This document shows, piece by piece, positions 42,041 through 56,529 of a stretch of DNA of 64,000 nt. A model generated the notes under the pieces. That model had not been told where the DNA came from and searched no databases. It was given only the letters and a program-made list of their open reading frames with translations. Position numbers and translations under genes: made by a program. This DNA is from Eledone cirrhosa. Lineage: Eukaryota. The stretch lies in the NCBI GenBank assembly GCA_964016885.1, contig OZ024741.1:369892001-369956000 (forward strand). Reading direction: 5' to 3'. The stretch's first letter is position 1. Every line of letters starts with the position of its first letter.

Positions 42041-43252
42041 TATATATGTATGTATGTATTTATAGGTGGTGGTGGATGCTAGTCAGTTGAAATCGTGTAT
42101 TGAGGAAGTGTACGGAATTAGGTTCAACGTTTGGGTTGGTAACAGTAGAACTTGTTGTGGTGGTGGTGATGGTGATGGTCAGAGGTGAAACGCTGTATAT
42201 GGTACACTCGTCTGTCTGTATAGATAGATAGGGGTAGGGAACACGTGACACATGGCCGTTTCGGGGGCCGGTCGAGTGTGGTGGTGTAGGGGTTTGAGAC
42301 AGACCTTTGGGAGTTTTACAAACTGATCACTGATGAGTCTAATGTTGACCGTTTAGAAATAGACATAACATGTGTGTGTATGTGCGTGTATGTGTGTGTG
42401 TATGTGTATATAGGTGTGTGTATGTATGTGTGTGTGTATGTGTATATAGGTGTGTGTATGTATGTGTGTGTGCGTGCGCGCGCGCGTGTGTCTGTGTGCG
42501 TGTGTGTGCATATTAGTGTATGAGTGTGAGTGTGAGAGTATGTGTGTTTAGATATGAGTGCGTGTAAATGTATGTATGTCTGAGTAAATACGTGTTTGTG
42601 TGAGTGTGTCTGAGAGAATGCGTGTGAGTGAGTGTGTGTGAGTGAGCGTGTGTGAGTGAGTGAGTGTGTGAGGGAGTGAGCGTGTATGTGAATATGTATG
42701 TGAAAGTGTTATGTGAGTGTGTAAGTGTATGCGTCAGTATATGAGTGTGAGTGTGTATGAGTGAGCGTGTATGTGAATATGTATGTGAAAGTGTTATGGG
42801 AGTGTGTAAGTGTATGCGTCAGTATATGTATGTGTGTACGCGGGTGTGTATGCGTGTGTGTGAGAGAGAGAAGGGGAAGATATAGAGTGACAATGCACAA
42901 ATCATTGTTGACAGTACCATTCGTTGTGTTGTTACTGTTGTTGAGATTGTTGTTGAGATTGTTGTTGTTACTGTTGTTGGTAATTACATTTAATTGCTAG
43001 TTTATTTTCCATAAAATTCATGACCACACATGAAGAGGAGAAGGGGGGGAAGACATTTTATATTTTTATCTTTCCTTTTCTCACCCATTTCTCACTCCAC
43101 CTCCCTCTCTCTCTTCCCCTTCTATCTCTCTCTATCTATCTATCTATATATATGTGTGTATGTGTGTGTGTGTATGTATGTGTGTGCGTGTATGTGTGTG
43201 TGTATGTGTGTGTGTGTGTTTGTGTATGTGTATGTGTGTGTGTGTGTGTGTA

Positions 43253-43283
<31 letters not shown>

Positions 43284-43311
43284 GTGTTTGCCGATATATA
43301 CCATATAATGG

Positions 43312-43905
43312 TTTCTTATATAGGCACAAGGCCAACAATTTTTGGGGGGTGAAAGTCGATTAAATCGACGCCAGTGCGTGACTGGTACTTTATTTTATCG
43401 ACCCCGTAAGGATGAAAGGCAAAGTTAACCTCGGCGGGATTTGAACTCAGACCGTAAAAGAGCGTAACTCTATGCTGCAAAGCATGGCGTCCGACCCTCT
43501 ACCGATACTGCCCATCCACCACCCTATAATATAATATCAAATAATTGTTTCTACTTTTGGCACAAGGCCAGCAAATACTCAGTGTATTACTGGTACTTTA
43601 TTTTATCGACTCCGTAAGGATGAAAGGCAAAGTTAACCTCAGCGGGATTTGAATTCAGAATGGAAAGGGCCGTAACTCTATACGTCAAAGCATGGCATCC
43701 GACCCTCTACCTATACTGTCAATAATTGTTTCTACTTTAGGCACAAGGCCAGCAATTACCCAGTGCATTACTGGTACTTTATTTTATCTACCCCGTAAGG
43801 ATGAAAGGCAAAGTCAACCTCGGCGGGATTTGAACTCAGATCGTAAAGGGACGTAACTATGCTGGAAAGCATGGCGTCCGACCCTCTACCGATACTGCCA
43901 ATCTA
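43312..43905 (-). mobile_element. three head-to-tail Meta-type SINE copies
   Basis: ctggtactttattttatc..aaggatgaaaggcaaagt..ccgaccctctacc repeated three times. Confidence 0.85.
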
Positions 43906-44035
43906 CTTATACTGTCAATAATACCCGATATGTTGGTTCGTTGGTCCGCCATTACGTTTGACAACATATATTGCGAGAGGGAGAGAAAGTACGAGTGAAA
44001 TTTAACACTTGGATTGAAGGATTACATATTCTGAA

Positions 44036-44760
44036 GGAAGAGGCTATGTAGCCGGTCCCGGTAAAATAGACTCCCAGGCTATTTAGTCGGTATGAGTATC
44101 AGAGACGATGAGTTGGGGTCTGAGTTAAGACAATTGTTAAGACAATTTGAAATCTTTTCCATCATCAATTGTTGAAAAACAAGTTAAAATCATTTAGTCA
44201 TCATCTTATTATAATTCCGCTTGTGATTCGTCCATTCGTAACGTACGAATGTACGCTTTAGTTACATAGACACACATCTACTGAGTTCCCTGGCTTAAGA
44301 ATTTTAGAGTGAAATATTTTCGAAATTAAGAATTTTAGCAGAAAGTCACGACCTGGGTTAAAGATAGTAGTCACTACCTGGGTTGTAAAACACTATTTAT
44401 TATTTAATAATAAAAAGGGCGGTAGACTGGCAGAATCGATAGAGCTTCGGGCAACATGCTTTGCAGCATAGAGTTACGGCTCTTTACGTTCTGAGTTCAA
44501 ATTCCGCCGAGGTTAACTTTGCCTTTCATCCTTACGGGGTCGATAAAATAAAGTACCAGTAACGAACTGGGTTCGATTCAATCGACTTTTTCCTCCCCCA
44601 GAATTGCTGGCCTTGTGCCTATAGTAGAAATCATTATTTAGTTGTAAAATAAGCTTCGGAGACCCCGGCTTGAGTTGCATCCCTGTAGGGATTTACCGGT
44701 AAAATAAGCTTAAAAAGCATGTTTGTCAATTTTGCCAGGACTGGCTACGTAGCCTATTCC
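44036..44760. mobile_element. non-autonomous DNA transposon, ~36-bp TIR, 9-bp TSD (MULE- or Merlin-like), with nested SINE at 44418-44635
   Basis: ggaagaggctatgtagccggtcccggtaaaatagac / gtcaattttgccaggactggctacgtagcctattcc; TSD tattctgaa. Confidence 0.8.
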
Positions 44761-45159
44761 TATTCTGAAAGAAATGCCAGACAAAGACAGAAAAAGGACA
44801 GTCAAAGAACGCTATACTGGCGCACATACACACGAACGCGATCTCGTCAGCTGATTGGTTTGTACGGCATTTAGGTCTTCTTTTCATCCTTTCTTCAATC
44901 GTTTCGCGGAATGGGTGTTTATATATGAAAATATATATTCCATTTGTCAGTTGCTTTCTTTAATAGTGTTTGAACGTGAACAACGTTATGAATCCTCCTA
45001 GCCAAATGCAAGCGGGGTGAATTAATATATTTTTATGTTTATATTTATACATGTTTAATTCATTTACCTACATTTAGCCAAGTATATACATAAATTAACT
45101 GCCATATGAAAGTTAAAACTCTAGTAAACACACACACACACACACATGCGCGCACACAC

Positions 45160-45271
<112 letters not shown>

Positions 45272-45338
45272 ACACATCAAGAATGATGTGTTCATACGCG
45301 GAGGTACTATAAAATAGCACATAAAATAGAGTGTAAAC

Positions 45339-45547
45339 CAGTAATGGGCAACCTTTCTCGAGAGGAGGGCCGTATGAGATATGGCTCATCATCAGGCGGG
45401 CCGCAACGTTGTTTTCCTCGATCGTAAAAATGATAGAAAGATAAATTACGACTGAAAAGTTGGGGTAAAAAACTCAGAAAGATTTCACTTAGGTGACTTA
45501 GGTGAGCCATACAGAAAGCTTCGCGGGCCGCAGGTTGCCCATGAATG
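45339..45547. mobile_element. hAT/Charlie-type MITE
   Basis: TIR cagtaatgggcaacct / aggttgcccatgaatg; TSD gtgtaaac. Confidence 0.85.
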
Positions 45548-45651
45548 GTGTAAACCCTTAAAAGACGGGAAGAGAAGCTGCCATCGGCGGCTATGAGGAA
45601 TCTAACCCAACACCTCCCAGACACCAAGAGATTGGCTACGTATACACGATG

Positions 45652-45755
<104 letters not shown>

Positions 45756-46050
45756 GTATATAAACGAAATTTTGACAAAGTCAATTTTACATAATTGTTT
45801 TATTGCATAATATATATTTCAATGACATTGTTAGTAATCATGCAATGGTTACATCAATGACAGTCTCCATGTGACATCATCGGATGTTCATACAATTATG
45901 ATATGTAGTTATGCTGGCATGCAGATATGCCGCTGGTAATGTATTTATTATGATCATTATGAGCAGGAAAGCTTTTAGTTCGCACCCTTCGCGGAGTCCG
46001 ACTTCTACATTGAATGGTTTCAATTTAGCACCATTTATCCAAACACACAT

Positions 46051-46390
46051 ATGACTGGCAAACGGCTGAGCGACCGTATATGTATCAGTGAGCTGCTCAA
46101 CATTACCAAACTTAGACCAAATACATCAATTGTCAAGTCAAGAGTACTCAAACTATACGGCCATATAAAAAGATCAACTCGTAGTGTGAGTAGGTTATGC
46201 CTGGAAGGAAGGCTGGCTGGTAGGAGAATCAGAGACCGGCAGACAAAACGACGGCTTGACAATGTCAACTTATGGACTGGACTTGATCTTTGCTCTTTGA
46301 ACTCTGCTGCTGGTGATCGAACTTTGTGGAGAGAGATATCACATGTTAATGCGCAGTCTGCAACTGGCGGAGTTTAGTGTCAGAAAGAAG
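46051..46390 (+). pseudogene. RTE-like LINE C-terminal fragment
   Basis: DRICISELL..VKSRVLKLYGHIKR..CLEGRLAGRRIRDRQTKRRLDNV..A.DRTLWR. Confidence 0.75.
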
Positions 46391-47533
46391 ATCCGAACAC
46401 ATATACTAAGGAATTCATATAGAGGCATCAGGGCAACATGAAGCCCTCCATACTCCTGCAAAACCTTCCACAACAAGTCCCGAGGAACGCGATCTTATGC
46501 CTATTCGAAGTCTACGAAGCAAGAATCTCTTGGTAGTACTCCCTTTACTGTTTCTACAGATTTCTTTAATTTTCTTAAGTTTTCATTAAATATATATAAG
46601 CTGTTCAGCTCTTCCAGTGACCCGTGGGCAAGGAGTTACGTGGTAGTGGTGATAATTATTGGGGTGACGGCGGAGAGAATTCAGATGGCGTTAGAGTCGG
46701 TCGCTGTTTTAATGAGCTACTCGATGGTTCTTACAGAGCGGCGCCGACGGTGATAGAAGTGGTGGAGGTGGTGATGAGACTGTCATATTTATATGCTGGT
46801 GGTATAGTGCTAGTGTGACTGGAGAAATTGATAGATAGAGATAGCGGGGGTAGAGGTCTGGTGCATGGAAGTTGTAGGCTAAGATAGAATTTGGAAGGGG
46901 CAGAGAGGGTTAATGAGGATAATGAGGGGGGGGGGGTATTATTGGGCATCATAACATAAAGAGTTTGAAGGAAGGAGTAGGAAGAGGGATAATGTCGAGG
47001 GAGGGAGTGTTGATGACTGAAGTAGGGAGAGGTGATAGTTTGTTATGACTGGTTTTTAATAAAGGAACAGAGAAATGATGCTGCTGGTCGTTGTGGTTGG
47101 GAGGAAGGAAGCTGTTAATATATATGTATATATATGTATATATATGTATATATATATATATATATGTATATATATGTATATATATGTATATATATATATA
47201 TGTATATATATGTATATATATATGTATATATATGTATATATATGTATATATATGTATACATATATGTATATATATGTATATATATGTATATATATGTATA
47301 CATATATGTTTATATATGTTTATATATGATTACATATATGTATATATATGTATATATATGTATACATATATGTATATATATGTATATATATGTATACATA
47401 TATGTATATATATGTATATATATGTATATATATGTATATATATGTATATATATGTATACATATATGTATATATATGTATATATATGTATACATATATGTA
47501 TATATATCTATATATACACATATATACAAAGAT

Positions 47534-47566
<33 letters not shown>

Positions 47567-48610
47567 CACATGTATATATATATATATAAATATATACATA
47601 TACAGTATATATATATATATATATATATATATACTGGGAGAGAGAAAAAGGGTGTAGGGAAACATGGTTGAGGTGGGGGTGGTTGGTGATGTTGCCCTAC
47701 CCCTACCCACACTCTCCACCCCCACCGCCACCGCCGCCACCGCCGCCACAGTTAATAAGTGAAATAGGAGATAAACGTTTATTGACAAGGCAATATATGA
47801 CGAGAGGAGGGGAGGGGGGGGGGGGGGGTAAGGAAGGGGGGGGGTTAGATATACTGCTGTTGTTGATGATGATAGTGGCCATGATGTTCATCGTGGTGGC
47901 GGTGGTAGCGGTGCCGGTAGTGGTTTTGGCATTGTGGTAGGTGTGTGTGTTGGTGTTGTAGGGGTTGTTGTTGTTAGTAGTGGTGGTGGTAGTGTTGCTA
48001 CTGTTACTAGTGGTGGTGGTGGTGGTGGTGGTGGTGGCGGCTGTCATGTGTTTTGGCCGGAGATATTGTTAATGTAATAACTACGCCATCTTTTGGTGGT
48101 GCTAGTCGGGATGTGTGGCGGTGGCGGTGGTGGGGGTGGTGGTGGCGCGGGAGTATGTATAATGGTGATGGGAGGGGGGGAGGGGTAGGTGTCGGAGAGA
48201 AGATGCATAACGGTAGCCATGTTCTAATTAATATCAGTGGCATAGAAGGTGAGAGATAAACGTCGAAACGTTAATTATAGTGGGAGTGGGGGGCGTGGGG
48301 GGATGGTGGTAGTTGTGGTCGTGGTTGTGCTGATGTTGGTGTTGGTGGTGGTGGTGGTAGCGACAGTGGTGTTGGTGGTGGTGGTGGTGGGGATTATTTG
48401 ACAACCACTCTCATGAAACTCTGCGACAACTGATATCCTTCTTCTGTTTCTGAGGAGGGAGCTGTGGTGGTTTAGAAACGTTAATACATTCATAGATTTA
48501 GGAAGGCAAATATTCGAAACTAAGTATAAAGAACTAATAAGGAATTATGAAAAATTCTTCGTAAAAGTGAACAAACTTGATCACAGTCGTGTTTCCAATA
48601 TAATGTATGG

Positions 48611-48907
48611 CAGGCATGTCAAACATGCGGCCTGTGGGCTTCATGCGGCCCTTTACAGTCACACCTGCGGCCCGCGAGCCTCATGCGGCCCTTTACAGTC
48701 ACACCTGCGGCCCGCGAGCCTCATGCGGCCCTTTACAAGCACATCTGCGGCCCACACAAAGGTTTTTACAGCTCGACCATGTTTTATCTTCGTAATATAA
48801 AATTTAAAAAATTGTTGTAATGTGCGCAACTAGTTGTCGTGTGTGGCCCTCAGACAATACATATGTGACCTATGTGGCCCTCGGGGCGCCCTCAGTTTGC
48901 ATGCCTG
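48611..48907. mobile_element. hAT MITE with internal 40-bp tandem expansion
   Basis: same family as 23779; perfect TSD atgtatgg. Confidence 0.9.
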
Positions 48908-49142
48908 ATGTATGGTCCCGTAACTCCTGATAGAGTCGTAGTAGCGCCGTATTGACATACAGCGTTTCTTGGGCATTTTAAGCCTGGCGGAGCCCATCCC
49001 TCTCCAGGCCTGGGGACAGCAGATGTCTTACAAAGAGACAGGACAGATACGTTTTTTAGCGACCTCGAAAGGATGAAAGGCAAAGATAACCTCGGCGGGA
49101 TTTGAACTCAGAGAGCAGAGAGCCGGATCGAATACTATAAAG

Positions 49143-49357
49143 CAGGCACGTCAAACATGCGGCCCGTGGGCTGCATGCGGTCCTTTACAAGCACACCTGC
49201 GGCCCGCACAAATGTTTTTTTACAGCGCGAGCATAATATAAAATAAAAAATAAAAAATATTAGTTGTAATGTGCACAATTAGTGGTCATGTGTGGCCCTC
49301 AGACAACACATATGTGACCCATGTGGCCCTCGAGGGACCCTCAGTTTGACATGTCTG
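49143..49357. mobile_element. hAT MITE inserted into a SINE
   Basis: TSD ctataaag; SINE halves at ~49058-49142 and ~49358-49410. Confidence 0.9.
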
Positions 49358-49675
49358 CTATAAAGCATCCTCTCTGATGTTCTAACAACTCTGGCAATTC
49401 GCCGCCTTAATTATACTTATACAATTCTTTAATTGTTGCTTTACACCGTCGGTTCCGACGACTTGTGCCCCAGTTGTTCAAACAACAAAACAGCCTCTTC
49501 ACGAAATTAACATGACTGAGCATTCCACAGACATGAGCAACCTTAACATATTTGTCTGTGTGACACAATGTGTGACAAGGCTCACCTTTGAACTACAAGT
49601 ACAACATAGTTTTGCCAGCTGAGTGGACTGGAACGACATAAAATATAGTGTTTTGCCCAAGGATATGACCTACCA

Positions 49676-49853
49676 TCGAGGGTGTGGTAAGATACCAAGT
49701 GGACCATAATCCACAAGAGTACTCGATACTTCGGGTGGTAGAGTAGGTAATATGATAAGATTCAGGACGCCGACGGCTGAGCTCTGGCCGTTTCGATAGT
49801 TCGGATCTGGCTGTCGAAAGGCCCGGAGCTCAGCCGCCGGTGTCCTGAATCTT

Positions 49854-49859
<6 letters not shown>
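49676..49859 (-). mobile_element. family B fold-back
   Basis: atatgataagattcaggac / gtcctgaatcttatcatat; hammerhead 3' half in both arms. Confidence 0.8.
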
Positions 49860-49897
<38 letters not shown>

Positions 49898-50395
49898 CGC
49901 AGGCAGCTCGCTTAGAAATCATGTGGCTCTGAGTTCAATTATATATACATGTATGTGTGTGTATGTTTGTGTATGTATGCATTTATCATGAACGTACACA
50001 CGTACAGATGTATATATGTATGTATGTATGTATATATATGTATATATGTATGTGTGTCCATTAAACAATGAATATGTGAATACATTATAAGAAATATAAG
50101 TCTAAATACAGTAAACATATCCGCATGAACTCCTCATTTATCTGATGTGCAAGGGACAATTGAATTATATCTCTCTCGGTTAAAGTGATAACACACACAC
50201 ACACACACACACAAACAAACACACACACACATTTATATATATATATATAGACCACCATACACACACAAACAGACACACACATACACACGCATTTATCTTT
50301 ACAGCCCCCTTTCCCTCTCTCTGTCTCCGTCACTCTTTCGGTCAAAGTGATAAGATATGAGTACACACAGACGGACCAACGCACACGCATACACA

Positions 50396-50463
<68 letters not shown>

Positions 50464-50597
50464 TATATATATTAATAGAGAGGGAAAGAAAGAGGGGTGG
50501 TTGCGGGGAGAATTTTGTTCTTTGATAACACATGGATATTCATTATCCCATTTTAACAGATATCCGACAGATAAATATCATCATGTGATATATATAT

Positions 50598-50657
<60 letters not shown>

Positions 50658-50813
50658 CATACATATATATGTGTGTATATTTATTTTTATATGCACGTCC
50701 ATACTTATACATACATGTTTCTCTCGTAATGAAGAGATCATTTAATATATATTATCACCAAAATGGCTGCCACAATATAATGATCATCGTTTGGTATTGC
50801 CTGTATATATATT

Positions 50814-50844
<31 letters not shown>

Positions 50845-50989
50845 GCATGTATGTATGTATGTATGTGCGTGTGTGTATGCGTGTGTGTGTGTTTCCTTTA
50901 TATATATTGCTAACTTAACTTATCTCTATATCTGTTTGATGGTCACATCAAACTACAAACTACACACGCTCACGCACAAATACACGTAA

Positions 50990-51054
<65 letters not shown>

Positions 51055-51262
51055 CACACACACACACTCACACACGCACACGTATATATACGAAAATAAA
51101 TATACGAAAACAAATACACGTACATACACACGCATATATACCATACATATATATATATATATATATATAAATTTATGATTCTGTTGTTTTGCTGCTGTTG
51201 TTGCCATTATGCCATTATTGATATTGCTGCTACTGATGCTATTACTAATATTTTTCCAAGTA

Positions 51263-51357
<95 letters not shown>

Positions 51358-51666
51358 TAGATAGAGATAGATAAATAGATATATGTCTGTGTGTGTGAAT
51401 GGCGGGGTATATAAAGCAAAACTAAAGGCTGTATTCTTTCCCACACACACATCATCCCCTCACTACTATCCCCTAACCGCCATAGTCTCTATTCCCCACC
51501 ACGGTTTATACCTCAGTACTGAAGTCCATCTGTTTCCGTCCATTTCTATATTTGCAGCTATTTAAGCCGAACACCAACCACATCCACCAGTTTAGCGTGT
51601 CTCACCAGTCGAGGAGATTCTGTGAAACTTATTGGCATTGCTCTTTTCTCAAGATTAATATATATA

Positions 51667-51742
51667 TTGGGTCGTCAAGTATGAATGTAGAAATTTGTTT
51701 TTCTTCTACAAATTTCTACAAATTCCATACTTGACAACCCAA
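51667..51742. mobile_element. mariner-type palindromic MITE, second copy
   Basis: ttgggtcgtcaagtatg / catacttgacaacccaa. Confidence 0.75.
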
Positions 51743-51974
51743 TATATCGACAGTCGATCGACTTTCGTCAAATCTGACTGAGGAAACAATGTTTCCGTTG
51801 GTCTTTCCGATTGCTAATACTATCTATCGGTCGCAACTCCAGGTAGAAGGAGCAACGTGAAATAAAGTGTCTTGCTCAAGGATATAACGCATCACCTGGT
51901 CCAGTAATCGAAGTGACAACCTCACGATTGCGAATCCAGGTCTCTAACCAATCAGCTACGCGCCTTCACGTGCG

Positions 51975-52038
<64 letters not shown>

Positions 52039-52859
52039 CCATCGCCACTGAAAGTTTTCATGAAATAGTCTTCAAGACTATACAGAGCATTTGATGTTTT
52101 TCCAAATTGAAGGATAAGTATTTTAGACTTTATTTTATCATGAGTTAAGGCTCTATCGATTTGACACCCTAACAATCTTCCAATTTGTTGTCTTTTGTTG
52201 CCTTTGATGAAAGCATAAGAAAGCAAATTGCCAATGGATTGGTGATTGCTTCAAGTCTTTCATTAAACACCCAAGAATCCTCCTGACATGAAACGTAACC
52301 TCGTGGGAGGAGCTGAAAAACTGAGAAGGTGTAAACCGTAACTACAAATCTGTGAGAGAGGATGGCTGAAGGGTTAAGCAGGTTTGTTTGCAATCATAAG
52401 ATACCGAGTTTGTTCCCACTGTGTGGCATCATGGACCTGTGTCATTTACCATAGCCTTAAATCGACCTTGTGAATGAAAGAGGGGAGATAGAAAAGAGCT
52501 AGGTAGCCTGTATGATGGACAGTACCTGTAATTCGAAGGACCACCCTTGTGACACACTGTTTCGTTAAGAGTACACATATTAGGGAATTCTCAGTTACTT
52601 ACATTATAATATAAGATAGATTGTATCTGTAATTCAAAGGTTCAGACTTGTCACGCACTATATCACGCAGACTCTCCCTGAGAATTTTGTTAAGAATACA
52701 CGTGTCTGTGAAATAAACAGTCAGTCAGGCTTTGATTTCATGAGCAGGCTATTGCGAAGGTAGGCTGGCCAGTTCATAAGCTGACTATGAAGGATTAATG
52801 CTTAAACTGTGAAATCTTGCATTAATTTCAACTCTTCTTATTACTTATAACTGCATTGT

Positions 52860-53241
52860 TCAAAGTACCGGTCGCTCTCCGACAGGTTCGCGGTCGTGCC
52901 CTTGGCAGTGGAGACATCTTGTGTCCTTAGCCCTAGAGCTACTTCCCTACTCACCACCATAATTGCTGAGCTGGCTAGCCGCAGGTGTGAGCCTCGCGAG
53001 TTGGAATGGTTCTTCCAGCGCATCTCTCTTACATTCTCCGGGGAAACGCCTTCTCCATTCTGTCCGCCGGGGCTGTGAGGAGGCAAGCACGTAGGACCCC
53101 ACTTGCTCACCATACGGAGAGATGGGGAGGGCGAGAGAGAGAGAGAGAGGGAGGCGATGACAATGGGAGGTCGGCTGTTCTTTCATGTTTACTTAGTTTA
53201 CTATTTTCTATAAATAACTTATAAAATATGGTGGAGACTCC
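52860..53241 (+). mobile_element. 5'-truncated CRE-like non-LTR element (restriction-like endonuclease C-terminus) with 18-bp TSD
   Basis: KYRSLSDRFAVVPLAVETS..FFQRISL/ILRGNAFSIL; tacttataactgcattgt at 52842-52859 and 53242-53259. Confidence 0.8.
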
Positions 53242-53532
53242 TACTTATAACTGCATTGTCTTTTTTTCAAGAACTATGTTGAACAATAAACCTAAATTGG
53301 TCATTCCATGAGAGTATCTTGATCAGCCTATGAACTATTCATCCGACTCTCGTATATTGCTCTAACTATTGGAACATTCGTCGTCGAATCTGACATAGGT
53401 TCATTTCCAAGATAGTGGGTACTACTGACATCATACAAGGACTAAGTGGAGGGGCTTTGCTCACCAACGACACGAACACTTTATGTTCCACCACAGTAAT
53501 AAATGTGAAACAGCCAGAGGTTTGTTGTATTT

Positions 53533-53752
53533 GACTGTGTGTTGAAACTAAAGTAATTACAGCGTGGAAGAGCCATTTTAGCCATAGTTGTACCTGTCTA
53601 GCAAGTGACTTGATCTGAGACTGTGTTGAAACTACAGCAATTACATCATGGAAGAGTCATTTTAGCCACAGTTGTACATGTAAGACAAGAGACTTGATCC
53701 GAGACTGTGTTGAAACTAAAACAATTACAACGTGGAAGAATCAATTTAGCCA
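53533..53752. repeat. ~83-87-bp tandem repeat, about 2.6 diverged copies
   Basis: gactgtgttgaaacta..aattaca..tggaaga..tttagcca repeated. Confidence 0.8.
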
Positions 53753-53869
53753 TTTAAATACACACCAAATCTGTTAATTTTACTTTATATTTATCATTTA
53801 TTTTCGTCGCCCTAACAACAACCTGGCTCCCGACACAGTTCTACAGCATTGATTCCAAGATACGGGCTT

Positions 53870-54030
53870 ACACAAGCTGGAGGTATTTCATCAAATAAAT
53901 ATTTGCTTTAGCCGAAAACTCCTTCATTGGATTTTGTGCCAAACTCCGAAATTCGTCGTCACTGTCGGATCGGTTCCTTCCAACAGCAACTCCTACTCAA
54001 AAGCCACCTCCGTTTGTTTGGTCACGCTCC
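53870..54030 (+). pseudogene. short RTE-like LINE fragment
   Basis: DFVPNSEIRRHC..LKSHLRLFGH. Confidence 0.55.
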
Positions 54031-54041
54031 TCCCCTCCTCA

Positions 54042-54099
<58 letters not shown>

Positions 54100-54100
54100 C

Positions 54101-54139
<39 letters not shown>

Positions 54140-54140
54140 C

Positions 54141-54201
<61 letters not shown>

Positions 54202-54524
54202 TCCTTGTCTCTTCCTTCTCTAAATTAATGACAACATCGTTTCAACTCCCTACACTTCTCTCTCCTGATCACCTACCTATCTAAAGCAAACCTACCCACC
54301 CTCTTACCAAAACAGCCACCCATCTACCTACCTACCTACCTACCTACCTTCCTACCCATCTGTATTCCCCACTATTCTTCATTAATCGATGCCCCTATGT
54401 TGTCAATAATGAACACAGATGGGCAAAACCCAACCCTAACATTACTTTTTTAAAATATTAAACACATCAAATACACACACAGACACATACATACATATAT
54501 ATACATATATATACATATGCACAT

Positions 54525-54575
<51 letters not shown>

Positions 54576-55225
54576 CACACACATACACACACTCATTTGT
54601 ATGCACACAGTCTGATACGCACAAACTCACGCACTTTCACTTTTTTCTACTCTTCCTCTTACCACTCGCATCTCCCCTTCTCCGTCTTGCTAAACCTATA
54701 TCTTCTCTAACTATCATCTCTCCCCACCCCACTACCATCATCCACCAGTCCGTCCTCATCACCTCATCACCTCCCATATCCCTCCACCACCACCCCTAGC
54801 ACCAGCAAGCCACCCCACACTCCACACAAACACAACATAATGTTTAAATAAAAGGATAAATAAATAAATATACCAACATATTAAAAAATAACAAAAGAGA
54901 TGAGGGGGAGGTAACTACTGTAACTACAGTAGCAGCCTGATTCCCCCTCGGGGGGTTTCATCATCTACTGCTATTATTACCCATAGTTCATAGCGGCGGC
55001 AGCGGCGGTGGCTGGTGGTGGTCACGTGCCACATCCATCTGTGAATAGTTTGACCTCAAACGTAAACAGTCGATTAAAGCGCCATTTTGCTTGTTTGCCC
55101 AACACACACACGCGTACACATACATACATCCATATACACACATACATACATGTACACATACATACATACACATATGTATGCACACATACATACACATATA
55201 TATACGCATGTACACATACGTATAT

Positions 55226-55257
<32 letters not shown>

Positions 55258-56015
55258 CCATATGTACACTCATGTATACTCACATAGACACACACTGCTA
55301 CACATACTTATGCACATACACACACATATATATATACACGCACACATACACACTTTCTCACACACGCACTCACGCACATACATATACTCACGAATGTACA
55401 GAAACATATAGGATGATATACTCACACATATACACGCGAACACACACTGGCACACATACTTATGAACATGCACATAAATATATATATACAAACACCAGTG
55501 CACACACGCTCACATACACACACTCATGCACATACATATACTCACGAATATATAGAAACATATAGCAATATACACACACATACACACGAGTACACACACA
55601 AATACAGACACATACACAAACACGTATCTAGCTGTCTTTGCCTCTTTTCCATTCACATACATATATTCCTTTAGATATAATTTTGTATAATTACATCAAT
55701 ACATCCATACACATACAGACAAGTACATACAAATATATATACATAGACTGCTGTCTTTTGCATATACATTTACATACACACGCACATTTATTTATTTATT
55801 TATTTATTTATTTTCTGAGTGTAAAGGTGAATGCATTTCTACCCACCAGTATTGAGTGCTTTATCAGTTCATGTTTAAATGTTTAAATGCTTTTGAATTG
55901 AATATTACAGTATTTTAAACACACATTCTAAACACAGATTTTAATACACACACAAACACACACAAACATATATATATACATACAAACTCTCTCTCTCTCT
56001 CTCACACACACACGA

Positions 56016-56050
<35 letters not shown>

Positions 56051-56052
56051 CA

Positions 56053-56132
<80 letters not shown>

Positions 56133-56151
56133 CATACAAACTCTCTCTCTG

Positions 56152-56194
<43 letters not shown>

Positions 56195-56348
56195 CATACA
56201 AACTCTCTCTCTCTCACACACACACACACACATATATATATACATACAAACTCTCTCTCTCACACACACACACACATATATATATACATACAAACTCTCT
56301 CTCTCACACACACACACACATATATATATACATACAAACTCTCTCTCT

Positions 56349-56380
<32 letters not shown>

Positions 56381-56529
56381 CATACAAACTCTCTCTCTCA
56401 CACATACGCACACACACACACACACATATATATATACATACACATGCACATATATATACACATACATCATCAGAGCATACACATTTATATATAACTACAC
56501 ATTCTACCCAGACAGCATTTTCCTTTATC

